A stretch of DNA of 64,000 nucleotides from an uncultured Pseudobdellovibrionaceae bacterium (lineage in GTDB: Bacteria; Bdellovibrionota; Bdellovibrionia; Bdellovibrionales; UBA1609). The stretch is from positions 192,001-256,000 of the forward strand of contig CAWDNU010000004.1 in NCBI GenBank assembly GCA_963803705.1, read 5' to 3'. Position 1 is the stretch's first letter; every line of letters starts with the position of its first letter. The notes beneath the pieces are model-generated. The model was not told where the DNA came from, ran no database searches, and saw nothing but the letters and a program-made list of their open reading frames with translations. Of this stretch, positions 1-10,028 are shown piece by piece. The translations under genes were made by a program, and so were the position numbers.

Positions 1-433
1 ATATGGCGATGTCGACGCCACTACTTTCGCCGTGAAACTGGTCTTCTAAGCTTCGACAGAACTCGAACAATTTATTTTCTGCTATAAATTCCATTTTCTG
101 AAGGAAGCACCCAACACCTACACAAAGTGCGGCAGAGGCGCCTAATCCACCGCCCAAAGGTAAATAGCTAGTCAGACTAAGTTGACCCTTTAAATCCGAG
201 CGCTTCTTTTCTACTCTAGACAAAGCCTCTTCTAAAAGCCCCCAAAAAAGAAATTTTAACGGGCCACCGTGAGGTCCACTAAACTTACATTCAAAATAAT
301 CTGAAGAATCCTCAAATTTCATCTCTATAGCGTATTTCTTTAAAGGAAAAACTAAGGCAGGTGAACCTCTAAGTACTGCGTGTTCACCTGATAAAATACA
401 TTTTGCATATAAAAACTTTTGAAAAGACTGCAT
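1..433 (-). CDS. mvk: Mevalonate kinase (GHMP kinase), 5' part; runs off the window start
   Basis: Manual translation from ATG at 433: MQSFQKFLYAKCILSGEHAVLRGSPALVFP...LPLGGGLGASAALC, i.e. the GEH motif and GHMP PxGxGLGxSA motif; directly downstream of mvaD. Not in the ORF track. Confidence 0.85.
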   Translation of the reverse strand, partial: MQSFQKFLYAKCILSGEHAVLRGSPALVFPLKKYAIEMKFEDSSDYFECKFSGPHGGPLKFLFWGLLEEALSRVEKKRSDLKGQLSLTSYLPLGGGLGASAALCVGVGCFLQKMEFIAENKLFEFCRSLEDQFHGESSGVDIAI

Positions 434-1384
434 CTAGTTTCTCATAATTTGATATTTAGAATTCCACTTATCATAAAAATTATCCATCATCATTTTCTGA
501 TCTGGCCTGAATAAAAAATGAACATTTGGGCCAGCATCCATCGTAATAATTGGGCCGTCCCCAATCATCTTCCAGAAATCTCTAATCCAGTTTAGAATTT
601 CTAAAGTCTGAGGCTGCATATACCCAAAGCTTGGAATTGAGGTTTCAAACATGGCGTGCATATCCCAGAATTCTGCCCAGCAGATCTCGTAGGTCTTTTG
701 CCAATTTTTTATCTGTAAGGCCTCTACTAGCTGACCCATCCTAATTCTTGCTCGCTGGGCTCGCCCCTCAAACAACTGACTTGTAATCACTCTGTTGTGG
801 GCTTCACTAGAACTTACTTTTTTAGGATCGCGACTTACTACGAAAACCATATGGTATAGTTTACTAAAAGGCAGCTTAAGCTCGCTGACTGTGTCTTCGC
901 TCCAGAAACCCCATGGACTGTAAAAAGATCGACAAGATGATCCAGAACCCTCGCGGCTTAATAGCGCTTGCTGTTGAATTGACAACATTGGCTGGTCTTG
1001 CAATTCGCATATGGCTTTTGATGCAGCTGAAGTCAAAGCTGCAAAACTACTTGCTGAACTAGCTAAGCCGCAATCACTTGGGAAATTGTTTTTTGATTTA
1101 ACAATAAAGTTATATTTACAGTTAAACTTACCTTTTATAAGGTTAAAAAAGTTTAAAAACTTTTTTTCCTGAGCTCCACTTAAATTTAAATCTGATCCTG
1201 GCAGAGCTTCAAAATGGTCTTTGGTATCTGTAGTTAACATAAGTTCTACATCTGAAGTTAAATGATTTAATGTGTAAGATAGAGTCGGGTTAACAGTTTG
1301 GTTGGTTAAGCCAGGGATTTTCCCCATGTATTTGATAAGAGCAATATTTGAAGGGGCAGAGCTTTTCCATGTCAGATTATTCAT
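434..1384 (-). CDS. mvaD: Diphosphomevalonate decarboxylase
   Basis: APSNIALIKYMGK, NNFPSDCGLASSASSFAAL, SGSSCRS and TMDAGPNVH motifs. Confidence 0.95.
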   Translation of the reverse strand: MNNLTWKSSAPSNIALIKYMGKIPGLTNQTVNPTLSYTLNHLTSDVELMLTTDTKDHFEALPGSDLNLSGAQEKKFLNFFNLIKGKFNCKYNFIVKSKNNFPSDCGLASSASSFAALTSAASKAICELQDQPMLSIQQQALLSREGSGSSCRSFYSPWGFWSEDTVSELKLPFSKLYHMVFVVSRDPKKVSSSEAHNRVITSQLFEGRAQRARIRMGQLVEALQIKNWQKTYEICWAEFWDMHAMFETSIPSFGYMQPQTLEILNWIRDFWKMIGDGPIITMDAGPNVHFLFRPDQKMMMDNFYDKWNSKYQIMRN

Positions 1385-1395
1385 AGCTTCAAACC

Positions 1396-2376
1396 TTAAT
1401 CAATTCCATTTACATTCGCAATAAATATTAAATCCTCTATTTTTTGAACATTCTTTACTAACTCTTTGAAACCAGTTCCATGGTAAAAAACAGCTAAAAC
1501 ATCGGCACCTAATGCGCCACATCCTCGAGCATAACTGACCCCTTTTATCTTTTGGATGCGGTCGATAACTTTAAGAGTTGCCACACATTTTAAGTTCAAT
1601 TTCAACAATTGCAAATCGAAAGCCTGAAGGGCATTTAAAAAAGTCTGCTGATTTTTGGTATCATAAGCGTTTGTAACGATTAGGCTACTTGCTTTTAAAT
1701 GCTCGAATTTTTCTTTTTTAAGGCCTTCAAGATGTTCATGTGTTTTTATCTTTTTCTTGGTTTTGAAAACAAGAATGTTTAATCCTGAAAATAGTTTGTC
1801 TGACTTTAAAATTTTAACTTCATTTTCTTCTGTACTAATCACAGAAAGTTGTCCACTCATTGGATATTTTTTAGTTCGATATTGTTCATATAGTGACAAG
1901 TTTTCAAATAGCGTGTTTTGACATTGAGCTAATAAATCATATCCGCTAGGGATATTTTGATGCTCCTTAAAGATATTTCGGTACTCATTCCACGTATGAA
2001 AGAAATCTATTGAATTATGCTGATTCTTTTTCAAATCCAAAGCGTATTTCGCCGTGATAAATTCAGCAGTTGATCTCCCAAAGCCTCCGGCTAAGTCGTG
2101 GGGATCATTAAATTCTATGTATGCTTTGCTATTTATATTCCGACCACACTTTTCTAAAATTTGACCTGCTGGTGACTTGGGATGAAAGATTGGATTTGTG
2201 TCTGAACAAAATTCTGTTGCTTTCTTAAAATTTGCTTCAAAATAAGGGTCATGTGTTAGCACACCAGCATGACCACCCACCAGGGCGCTGTATTCCCCCC
2301 ATAAAAATGTCTTACTGGGAATTAGGATCTTCAACAGGTCCCCTTCGACGTAGTTCGCCCAACACCTCGATCGCAT
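1396..2376 (-). CDS. GHMP-family kinase, probable phosphomevalonate kinase (true start likely near 2334-2337)
   Basis: PSKTFLWGEY, GGFGRSTA, PSGYD and GCGALGAD motifs; position in the mevalonate cluster. Confidence 0.7.
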   Translation of the reverse strand: MRSRCWANYVEGDLLKILIPSKTFLWGEYSALVGGHAGVLTHDPYFEANFKKATEFCSDTNPIFHPKSPAGQILEKCGRNINSKAYIEFNDPHDLAGGFGRSTAEFITAKYALDLKKNQHNSIDFFHTWNEYRNIFKEHQNIPSGYDLLAQCQNTLFENLSLYEQYRTKKYPMSGQLSVISTEENEVKILKSDKLFSGLNILVFKTKKKIKTHEHLEGLKKEKFEHLKASSLIVTNAYDTKNQQTFLNALQAFDLQLLKLNLKCVATLKVIDRIQKIKGVSYARGCGALGADVLAVFYHGTGFKELVKNVQKIEDLIFIANVNGID

Positions 2377-3625
2377 TAGACAGCGAAATCCGGCGTGTAG
2401 CCTTAAGAATTTCTTCTAGCCGGCTTTGTACAGCAACGGTTTCTGACTCTTTGGCCCCTGCGCTCAGTGCAAGATTTTTAATGTGAAGCTTCATATGGCC
2501 TTCGATTATACCCACTGTAGAAAGAGCGCGAAGAGCACCTAGGTTCTGCACTAAGCCCACTGCTGCACATACTCGGGATAACTCGTCTGCTGACTTAATG
2601 TTCATCATCCTCATCGACATTTTTGCAAAAGGATGAAGTGTTGTAACACCGCCGACTGTGCCTACAGAGATTGGGGCTACGATATTTCCGAAAAGCTTTT
2701 TACTTTTTAAATCATAATCCCAGTGGGTGATGGATTTGTACTGTCCGGAAGATGCCGCGAAAGCATGAAGGCCAGCTTGTACTGCTCTCCAATCGTTTCC
2801 TGTTGCAATTAAGATAGGGTCGATTCCGTTTAAAACACCTTTATTATTTGTAGCGGCTCTGTAAGGATCAATAGCCCCAAAAAGCGAAGCCTCTTTAATT
2901 TTTTCGCCAAGCTGTTCATCTATACCGAATAATTCTACTTCGGCTTTAACCAGCCTGGTATCAGTTAAATTGCTAAGAATACACATGGTTACTTTTTCAC
3001 TTGAAATTTTTTCTAAAGGCTCAGATAAAAACTCGCATATCTGATTGATGATATTTGCGCCCATGGCATCACAAGTTTTAACCTCGACATGTACCACGCC
3101 CATTTTTAAACCATCAGGTCTATCTAAGACTCTGACTCGAAGATTTTTAACACCTCCGCCGCGTCTCACCAAACCAAATGCCGGAATCTCGTTGGCCATT
3201 TTAATTATATCATCAAACTTAGCTAAAATAGTGTCTTCAAATTTCTTAAAGTCTTTAAGCTTTGCAAACTGAATTTGACCGATACCAAGGTGGCCAAGCA
3301 TGGAGGTCCTTATTCCACCCTTTGACTTAATCCATTTTGCAGTCTTGCTAGCGGCTGCGATGATCGAAGTCTCTTCGACGACCATAGGAATAGGAATTTC
3401 GCGCCCATCGATATTAAAATATGTTGCGACCCCGAAGGGCATTGGAAAGTAACCTAGCGAGTTCTCGATAAACTTTTCAGCCAAATCAGGTTGTATAAAG
3501 CTGCTAAGTCTTAGCTGCTTTACATCTTCCCTACTGATGAAACCTAGCTCTATTAGACGCTCGAACCTCTGCTTTCGGTCTAACTTGGAAAAGCCTTCAA
3601 ACAAGCTTAGATCTTCCATTCCCAT
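2312..3625 (-). CDS. mvaA: HMG-CoA reductase, class II
   Basis: FIENSLG, VEETSIIAA, DAMGAN, RAATNNKG, GNDWRA and GHMKLH motifs. Confidence 0.95.
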   Translation of the reverse strand: MGMEDLSLFEGFSKLDRKQRFERLIELGFISREDVKQLRLSSFIQPDLAEKFIENSLGYFPMPFGVATYFNIDGREIPIPMVVEETSIIAAASKTAKWIKSKGGIRTSMLGHLGIGQIQFAKLKDFKKFEDTILAKFDDIIKMANEIPAFGLVRRGGGVKNLRVRVLDRPDGLKMGVVHVEVKTCDAMGANIINQICEFLSEPLEKISSEKVTMCILSNLTDTRLVKAEVELFGIDEQLGEKIKEASLFGAIDPYRAATNNKGVLNGIDPILIATGNDWRAVQAGLHAFAASSGQYKSITHWDYDLKSKKLFGNIVAPISVGTVGGVTTLHPFAKMSMRMMNIKSADELSRVCAAVGLVQNLGALRALSTVGIIEGHMKLHIKNLALSAGAKESETVAVQSRLEEILKATRRISLSNAIEVLGELRRRGPVEDPNSQ

Positions 3626-4725
3626 TTAGCATCCTTTCGACATGAGCCTACATCTTTGTAACCGCTACAGAATAAACCTATTTTAGTCTCAAACTCTAAT
3701 AATTCCATATACTGAATAAGAATGTCATAACCCTCTAGTGCATGTCGCAAAATGGGCTGTGCCAAACCAACCATTTCTGCACCCATGGATAAGCAAGAGA
3801 CAATATCTAATCCTGTTCTGACCCCGCCAGAAGCCCAGTAATTCCCATCACGCCCAGTTTGTTTCATTAATTTTGCAGCATAGGACAAAGACTTAGCGGT
3901 CGTAATTCCCCAATTCGCATAAGTCTTGCTGGCTTTTATATACATATCAAGATCAATGTTTTGTTCTAAACTAGTTTTGCCCGAAATCCTTTTTTTAGAT
4001 GTCGCCATATTATTAGTTTCATTTCTTCCCCCTTCTATGCGGCCCCAGTGGGTTCCACCAAAGCCAGAAACATCGACGCCATACAAATCTGAAATTTCAA
4101 ACACCCGCTTTAAAGTCAACATATCAAATCCGCATCCAGTCTCTTTCAACAACACTGGAACAGGGCTTAGTTTGCAAAACTCTTCTATGGCTTTTAGACC
4201 ATTCTTAAACCGAGGGGTGCCTTCAACCTGTAGAACTTCTTGCAAGGGATTACAGTGGATAAAAATAGCGTTAGCTTTTAAGCTTTCGATCAACTTCAAC
4301 ATCTTGTCTGGACCAGAAGTTATAAGTTGCGTGACACCCAGGTTACCGGCCAAACTTAAGTCAGGAAACTCATTTATGATTCGCGTCCATTCTTTATCCT
4401 TTTCGGGATTAGAAAGCTGTTTTCGTTGGGAACCAACGGCAAACAGCCAGTTCTTTTCGGCACAAGCTTTAGCAAGCTTATAATTGATTTTTTCTCCTTC
4501 TGAATGCCCAGCTGTCATAGAGCTTACAAATATAGGAGCTGCTAGCTTAACATTATTCAGGACTGTTGTTTGCAAACTTACGTCAGCAAAATCTATTTCT
4601 GGCATGGCTTTGTGATATAGTTGTATTTCGTCAGAGGGTGCAATTCCAACTTGATTTGAACTAATTAAAGACTGCGATATGTGATCTTTTTTTCTGGTTT
4701 CAAATTTTGGGTCCTCAATGCTCAT
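3607..4725 (-). CDS. fni: Type 2 isopentenyl-diphosphate delta-isomerase (FMN-dependent)
   Basis: RKKDHI, SSMTAG, GSQR, HCNPLQE, KETGCG, GGTHW and ASGGVR motifs. Confidence 0.95.
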   Translation of the reverse strand: MSIEDPKFETRKKDHISQSLISSNQVGIAPSDEIQLYHKAMPEIDFADVSLQTTVLNNVKLAAPIFVSSMTAGHSEGEKINYKLAKACAEKNWLFAVGSQRKQLSNPEKDKEWTRIINEFPDLSLAGNLGVTQLITSGPDKMLKLIESLKANAIFIHCNPLQEVLQVEGTPRFKNGLKAIEEFCKLSPVPVLLKETGCGFDMLTLKRVFEISDLYGVDVSGFGGTHWGRIEGGRNETNNMATSKKRISGKTSLEQNIDLDMYIKASKTYANWGITTAKSLSYAAKLMKQTGRDGNYWASGGVRTGLDIVSCLSMGAEMVGLAQPILRHALEGYDILIQYMELLEFETKIGLFCSGYKDVGSCRKDAKWEWKI

Positions 4726-4750
4726 GTTCCACCTTTACCGTAATTTGACT

Positions 4751-4786
4751 AAAAAAAAACCTATCATGAAGGATAGGTTTTTTTTT
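4751..4786 (-). terminator. Intrinsic terminator downstream of rplT (A/T tracts on both sides)
   Basis: A9-CCTATC-ATGAAG-GATAGG-T9 hairpin. Confidence 0.8.
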
Positions 4787-4815
4787 ACAAACTAGAATTC
4801 AATAAGTTTGTTAAA

Positions 4816-5163
4816 TCAAATTGATTTAACTTTTTCAACTAAGGATGCAAAACCTTCGGCATCTCTGACAGCCATATCAGCTAAAATTTTTCGATCTAAA
4901 TCAAGGCCTAGCGTCTTAAGTCCACCCATAAATTTACTATACGACAGATCACCCAAACGAGTGGCTGCGTTGATTCTTTGGATCCAAAGTTTTCTGAAGT
5001 CTCTTTTCTTAGCTTTACGATCTCTGTATGCATAAACTAAAGCTCTGTCATTCATCTCTTTGGCGACAGTAAACAAGCGACTCCCTGAAGAGTAATAACC
5101 ACTTGCGCGCTCTAAAACCTTTTTTCTGCGTTGCTTAGCAACTGTTCCGCGTTTAACTCTCAT
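4816..5163 (-). CDS. rplT: 50S ribosomal protein L20
   Basis: MRVKRG...[24 protein letters not shown]. Confidence 0.98.
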   Translation of the reverse strand: MRVKRGTVAKQRRKKVLERASGYYSSGSRLFTVAKEMNDRALVYAYRDRKAKKRDFRKLWIQRINAATRLGDLSYSKFMGGLKTLGLDLDRKILADMAVRDAEGFASLVEKVKSI

Positions 5164-5170
5164 TTTTCAC

Positions 5171-5368
5171 CTACCCTAGTAACAACGTTCTGATAGTTTT
5201 TTCTTGAGTCTTATCAACATGAGCCATCATCGATAAATGTCTTTTTCGATTAGATGATTTATTAACAAGAATGTGTCTTAAACCGCGTTTTTTTCGTTTG
5301 ATCTTGCCACCTGGTTTTAAGCGGAATCTTTTTTTAGCCCCACTGTGAGACTTTAACTTGTAACCCAT
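5171..5368 (-). CDS. rpmI: 50S ribosomal protein L35 (start corrected to ATG 5368)
   Basis: MGYKLKSHSGAKKRF; GGAG Shine-Dalgarno upstream; adjacent to rplT. Confidence 0.95.
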   Translation of the reverse strand: MGYKLKSHSGAKKRFRLKPGGKIKRKKRGLRHILVNKSSNRKRHLSMMAHVDKTQEKTIRTLLLG

Positions 5369-5480
5369 TACTACTCCATTCCCATACAGGCGCCTTTGTG
5401 AATTCAAAGATCTTTTAAGCCTCTAAAAGGTGATTGATTTTTATAGGATAAAACAATAAGCATGACAAGATTAAAATTCT

Positions 5481-6342
5481 ATGTTTTTTTATCAAAGTCG
5501 AAACATTCACAAGACTAACTTTTGCTCTAATCGTCCTTACAGCCCTTTTAAACCCGGCTGAGGCTAGATCCATTAATTTAGACAATGGACCTTCAAAAAA
5601 AGGTGCTAATAATTCACCTGAGAAACTAAAACCTATTGTTTCTGAGGCCAAAGAGTTTAGATTTACCCCTCATATTTCGGCCGAGGCCTTTACTCGCCCA
5701 AAAGGAAAATTTTCATTTCAAAGAAGTGTTGGAGCCAATTTAAACACCAGTGTTTTTCTTTCTGCTTTTAACTATGCTTTAACTGACCGCCTTGAAATTG
5801 GAACAGTAATAGGTAACTACTTTTCTGATTTGCACCGTTGGAACTTAAATTTAAGATATAATTTTTGGAGATCAAACACTTTTCTTTGGTCTGCAGGTTT
5901 TAGCATTTTCGAAAGTAATTTCGATGAAGAAGATCTTGACCCGAGTCTAAGGGGTTTAGGCCTAAAAGTCGGTATCAACACCTTTCAAATTTTATTTAAT
6001 TACTTACCAAATAATTCAAATTTTAAATATGGTGTAAATTATAATACTGTATTAACCAATATTATTGGCTTACAAGGTGAGGATGACACATTAGAAATAG
6101 GTGCTCTTAGTGAACTGGGAGTTGATATAAGCTACGCTTTTCAACAGACATTTGATGTAACCCTAGGCTTCGGTTGGCTCAGAGAAGATGGTTTCTCTGC
6201 ACTAGAAAAAATTAGATTTGGCTTTGGTCCAAGCTTAAGATGGTATCGTCCTAAAAAACTATTATCGAGCCCTACACTAGGCATACATTATACTCCAAGC
6301 TCAGGCGACACTGAGGCTTTGTTTTCAAGCTCAATCTATTAA
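5481..6342 (+). CDS. Probable outer-membrane beta-barrel protein; the frame is open from before 5491 and the ATG at 5481 is offset by one base in a T7 run
   Basis: Open frame extends 113 codons upstream of the tracked TTG at 5830 and encodes a signal peptide (LTFALIVLTALLNPAEA); amphipathic beta-strand pattern and C-terminal aromatic residue. Confidence 0.6.
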
Positions 6343-6450
6343 TATTTGTAAGATGCCGCAGTACTGGTTTAAAAATAGGCAAATGCGCTTTTGTTTAAAA
6401 AAGGGCTTGGGTGCTTATTAAAGGTAGATAGCAGCGTCGATTGTAAAGGC

Positions 6451-6786
6451 TTAAACTTTAGGTAGACCCAGTCGGTTCCATTCAAGCATACCACCGATCA
6501 CATTACTAACATTAGAGAATCCTAAATCTTTAGCCATTTGTGTGGCCTGACCTGAGCGACCACCGCTTCGACATACAAATGAAATTTGTGTGCTTTTGTC
6601 TTCGTTTTGTAAATAACTATGAAGATCTTCGCCTAAGGTTTTAAGTACAGCATCTTCAATGTGTCCAAGTTCACCAGAGAACTCGTCATCTCTTCGTACA
6701 TCAATTATTTTAAATTTTGTTTTGTTTTTCAGTAAATCCTCGCATTTGATTTCGTCAATCCCGAGAATAGAATTTTTTGTAAACAT
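6451..6786 (-). CDS. Rhodanese-like domain protein
   Basis: IIDVRRDDEF, GHIEDA, VCRSGGRS and GGMLEW motifs. Confidence 0.92.
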   Translation of the reverse strand: MFTKNSILGIDEIKCEDLLKNKTKFKIIDVRRDDEFSGELGHIEDAVLKTLGEDLHSYLQNEDKSTQISFVCRSGGRSGQATQMAKDLGFSNVSNVIGGMLEWNRLGLPKV

Positions 6787-6794
6787 TTAAACTC

Positions 6795-7196
6795 CTAAGG
6801 TTTAATCTCGGACTTGTAGCCAGCTGCAGTGATTAGTGTTGTAACCATATCTGTATCTACGGGCTGACCCTCGTTGAAATAAATTAAATAGTTTTTGAAA
6901 TCTGTAGGGATTACTTTATAGATCGCCTGGTTGTCCTGCAAAACCGACTTTATTTTGTAAGCACAGTTGGCGTCAATCGCATCACTAACAAACACCTTTA
7001 CGTTTTTTAGTCGAGCTAAATCTTTTTCAGTCCGATCTACAAACCCAATTTTATCGTCTTTAGATAATTTTTCTTCAGCCACAGGTTTTGGTTTTTTTTT
7101 GAAGAAGCCAAGTGCAGCGTGTGACGGGCTTAGAAGTAGACCGTAACTAAATAGCATGGCGCCTAATACAAATACAAACAACCGGGTCATAAACAC
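6795..7196 (-). CDS. Exported protein with a possible HMA-like (ferredoxin-fold) domain
   Basis: Signal peptide; DANCAYKIKSVL...ITAAGY resembles an HMA fold but has only one Cys. Confidence 0.45.
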   Translation of the reverse strand: MFMTRLFVFVLGAMLFSYGLLLSPSHAALGFFKKKPKPVAEEKLSKDDKIGFVDRTEKDLARLKNVKVFVSDAIDANCAYKIKSVLQDNQAIYKVIPTDFKNYLIYFNEGQPVDTDMVTTLITAAGYKSEIKP

Positions 7197-7223
7197 CTCG
7201 CTTTAAGATTCAATTGAAACAAC

Positions 7224-7868
7224 TTATGCCTGAGCAGAGGCGTCTTCTTCAGCTTTTGCTTCTGCTTTCTGACTCTCTTTCAGTTTATCTTTTTGTTCTC
7301 TGTTTAAACGCTTCTTTATGTCTTTTATTTTAAGTGGGTCTGGCGCAATTATGGCGTATAGCTGACGGCCTTCTTTTTTAGGTGGGACTTCCAGAATGGC
7401 ATGGGTGTCTAACATCTTTGCAAATTTATTGACCAACTCGTAACCCAATTCTTGGTGAGCCATCTCGCGGCCTGAAAATCTTAAATTAACTTTAACCTTG
7501 TCACCGTCTAAAAGAAATCTACGAGCGTGTTTACACTTAGTTTCTAGGTCGTGATCTTCAGTTCTAGGACGCAGCTGGATCTCTTTAACGTGGACTATCA
7601 CTTGTTTTTTACGAGCTTCAGTCTGTTTCTTTTTATTTTCGTACTTAAACCTGCCGTAATCCATAATTTTACAAGTGGGTGGTTTAGCGGTTGGCGCGAT
7701 TTCGATTAAATCCAACCCGCGGCCTTCTGCTATCTTTACAGCCTCAGGAACTGAAAAAACACCAAGCATTTCACCATCATCTGCTATCACACGAACTTCT
7801 GTTGCGCGAATGTCATGGTTCATTTTAAGACCCATATCTCTTTTTTGTGATCCTCTTCCTTTTTTAAT
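7224..7868 (-). CDS. infC: Translation initiation factor IF-3, starting at ATT
   Basis: EVRVI...CKIMDYGRFKYE...KEIQLRP motifs; in-frame ATT at 7868-7866 with AAGGAGG at 7880-7874. Confidence 0.95.
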   Translation of the reverse strand: MKKGRGSQKRDMGLKMNHDIRATEVRVIADDGEMLGVFSVPEAVKIAEGRGLDLIEIAPTAKPPTCKIMDYGRFKYENKKKQTEARKKQVIVHVKEIQLRPRTEDHDLETKCKHARRFLLDGDKVKVNLRFSGREMAHQELGYELVNKFAKMLDTHAILEVPPKKEGRQLYAIIAPDPLKIKDIKKRLNREQKDKLKESQKAEAKAEEDASAQA

Positions 7869-7909
7869 CTGATCCTCCTTAAGGATTTAATTTAAATCTA
7901 AATCAATAC

Positions 7910-9859
7910 TTAATTAGCTAAGCTTTCTACAAGCTTAGTTTCAAAAACCTTATTCTCGATGTCCTGATTTAACAATGCTAAAAATTTCATTAATGGCAAC
8001 CCCGAACTCTGAACTCCGTTTAAATCCCTGATAGAAACCTCACCGTTTTGCATTTCTTTGTCGCCGATGATCAACATATATGGAACTTTATCCATCTGAG
8101 CCTGTCTTATCTTGAACCCAAGTTTTTCAGCACGCTGGTCGAACTCGGCTCTGATACTCATCTCTTTTAACGAGCTTAAAAGGTCCTGACAGTAAGGGAT
8201 TTGCGAATCGGTTAAATTTAAAATCCGGACCTGAGTGGGACACATCCACAATGGCAGTCTACCTGCTGTGTGCTCTAGATAAACACCTATAAAGCGCTCC
8301 AAGGTGCCTAAAATCGCCCTGTGTAACATCACCGGACGCTCTTCACTATTTGCAGATCCAGTGAATGAAAGGTCGAATGCCTTAGGCAAATTAAAATCAC
8401 ACTGTAAGGTCCCGAGCTGCCATGGTCGGTTCAGAGCGTCTACGAACATAATATCCAGCTTAGGGCCATAAAATGCACCGTCACCTTCGTTAATCTGGTA
8501 AGGCAAATCTAACTGCTCTAGGGCTGTCTTTAATGCGCCTTCCGCCTGGTCCCAGACAGAGTCATCGCCCATTCTTTTTTCAGGCCGCGTTGATAAGAAT
8601 ATTTTGTAGTTGGGCATTCCAAGTTCCTGGTAGACTTCATCCAGAAAAACCATAAAGTTCTTAATTTCACTTTGAAGTTGTTCAGTCATACAAAATATGT
8701 GAGCGTCGTCCTGACAAAAGGTTCTTACTCTGGTTAATCCGTGAACAACACCACTACGTTCATATCGATGAAGACGGCCAAAATCAGCAATTCTCCATGG
8801 TAGATCACGATAAGATTTTTTATCATTAGAATAAAGTAAGCAATGTCCGGGACAGTTCATAGGTTTTAATGAGAATTCTTTTTCATCAATTTCAGTGAAG
8901 TACATATTTTCTTTGTAATTTTGGTAATGTCCACTTTGGTGAAAAAGCTCTGAATCAAAAATTTGTGGAGAAATAACCTCTTGGTATTCGAATTTGATGT
9001 ACTTCTCTCTCATGTAATTCTGTAATGAGTTATAAATAATCGTGCCTTTAGGTGTAAAAAATGGTGAGGCTGGTGCAAGTGGGCTGAACATAAATAGGCC
9101 CAATTCTTTACCAAGTTTTCTATGGTCCCGTTTCTTTGCTTCTTCCAACTGATTTAAGTAAGCCTTAAGCTCTTTTGGATTTTCAAAAGCGGTGGCATAA
9201 ATCCGCTGAAGCTGCTGTTTAGTCTCGTCACCCCGCCAGTACGACCCTGCAACTGACAACAATTTTACAGATTTGATTTGACCGGTGCGCTGGATATGGG
9301 GGCCGCGGCAAAGGTCAAACCACGTGCCCTGAGTGTAAATGCTTATCGGCTCTTCTTCTGACAAAGCAGAAATAAGTTCAAGTTTGTAAGTTTCACCCAA
9401 AGCCTCGAAGCGTTTTAAAGCTTCATTTCTTGGTAAAACTTCTTTTATTATTTCGATATTATTTGAAATCAACTGAGCCATTTTTTTTTCAATACGTTCT
9501 AAATCTTCAGGAGTAAATTTGTGCTCGGATTCGAAATCATAATAAAATCCGTTATCAATCACAGGACCAATGGTAACTTTAGTCTTCGGCCAAAGTTGTT
9601 GGACGGCTTCCGCCATAATATGGGCGGCTGAATGACGAACCACTTCGCGACCAAGTTCAGAATTGTCCGTTACAATCTGTAGCTCAGCTCCATCTTTTAA
9701 GGTGCTCCTTAAGTCAATGATCTGATGACTGTTGTTAACGATCCCGCCAACTGTGGCTTTAGCCAATCTGTCGCCGATACTTAGAGCCACTTCAAGGACT
9801 GTAGGTTCATGATCAAATATCTTTTTAGTTTTGTCAGGTAGGGTTATAGATACGGACAT
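7910..9859 (-). CDS. thrS: Threonine--tRNA ligase
   Basis: TGS domain, HSAAHIMA, DLCRGPH, KPMNCPGH, FYGPKLD and HRAILG motifs. Confidence 0.98.
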   Translation of the reverse strand: MSVSITLPDKTKKIFDHEPTVLEVALSIGDRLAKATVGGIVNNSHQIIDLRSTLKDGAELQIVTDNSELGREVVRHSAAHIMAEAVQQLWPKTKVTIGPVIDNGFYYDFESEHKFTPEDLERIEKKMAQLISNNIEIIKEVLPRNEALKRFEALGETYKLELISALSEEEPISIYTQGTWFDLCRGPHIQRTGQIKSVKLLSVAGSYWRGDETKQQLQRIYATAFENPKELKAYLNQLEEAKKRDHRKLGKELGLFMFSPLAPASPFFTPKGTIIYNSLQNYMREKYIKFEYQEVISPQIFDSELFHQSGHYQNYKENMYFTEIDEKEFSLKPMNCPGHCLLYSNDKKSYRDLPWRIADFGRLHRYERSGVVHGLTRVRTFCQDDAHIFCMTEQLQSEIKNFMVFLDEVYQELGMPNYKIFLSTRPEKRMGDDSVWDQAEGALKTALEQLDLPYQINEGDGAFYGPKLDIMFVDALNRPWQLGTLQCDFNLPKAFDLSFTGSANSEERPVMLHRAILGTLERFIGVYLEHTAGRLPLWMCPTQVRILNLTDSQIPYCQDLLSSLKEMSIRAEFDQRAEKLGFKIRQAQMDKVPYMLIIGDKEMQNGEVSIRDLNGVQSSGLPLMKFLALLNQDIENKVFETKLVESLAN

Positions 9860-10028
9860 TCAGGCTTTAAGAAACAAAGGTAAGTGTCGTCACTACAGAT
9901 TTAAAAGCTTTGATTTCGAAGTCACTGCGGCAATTAATCAAAAGCACGACATTAGGATATAGGTTGTTGTCTGAAATCTCTGTTAGCATTATTTTATTTT
10001 ATCACAATCTATCAATTTTATGTCAACA

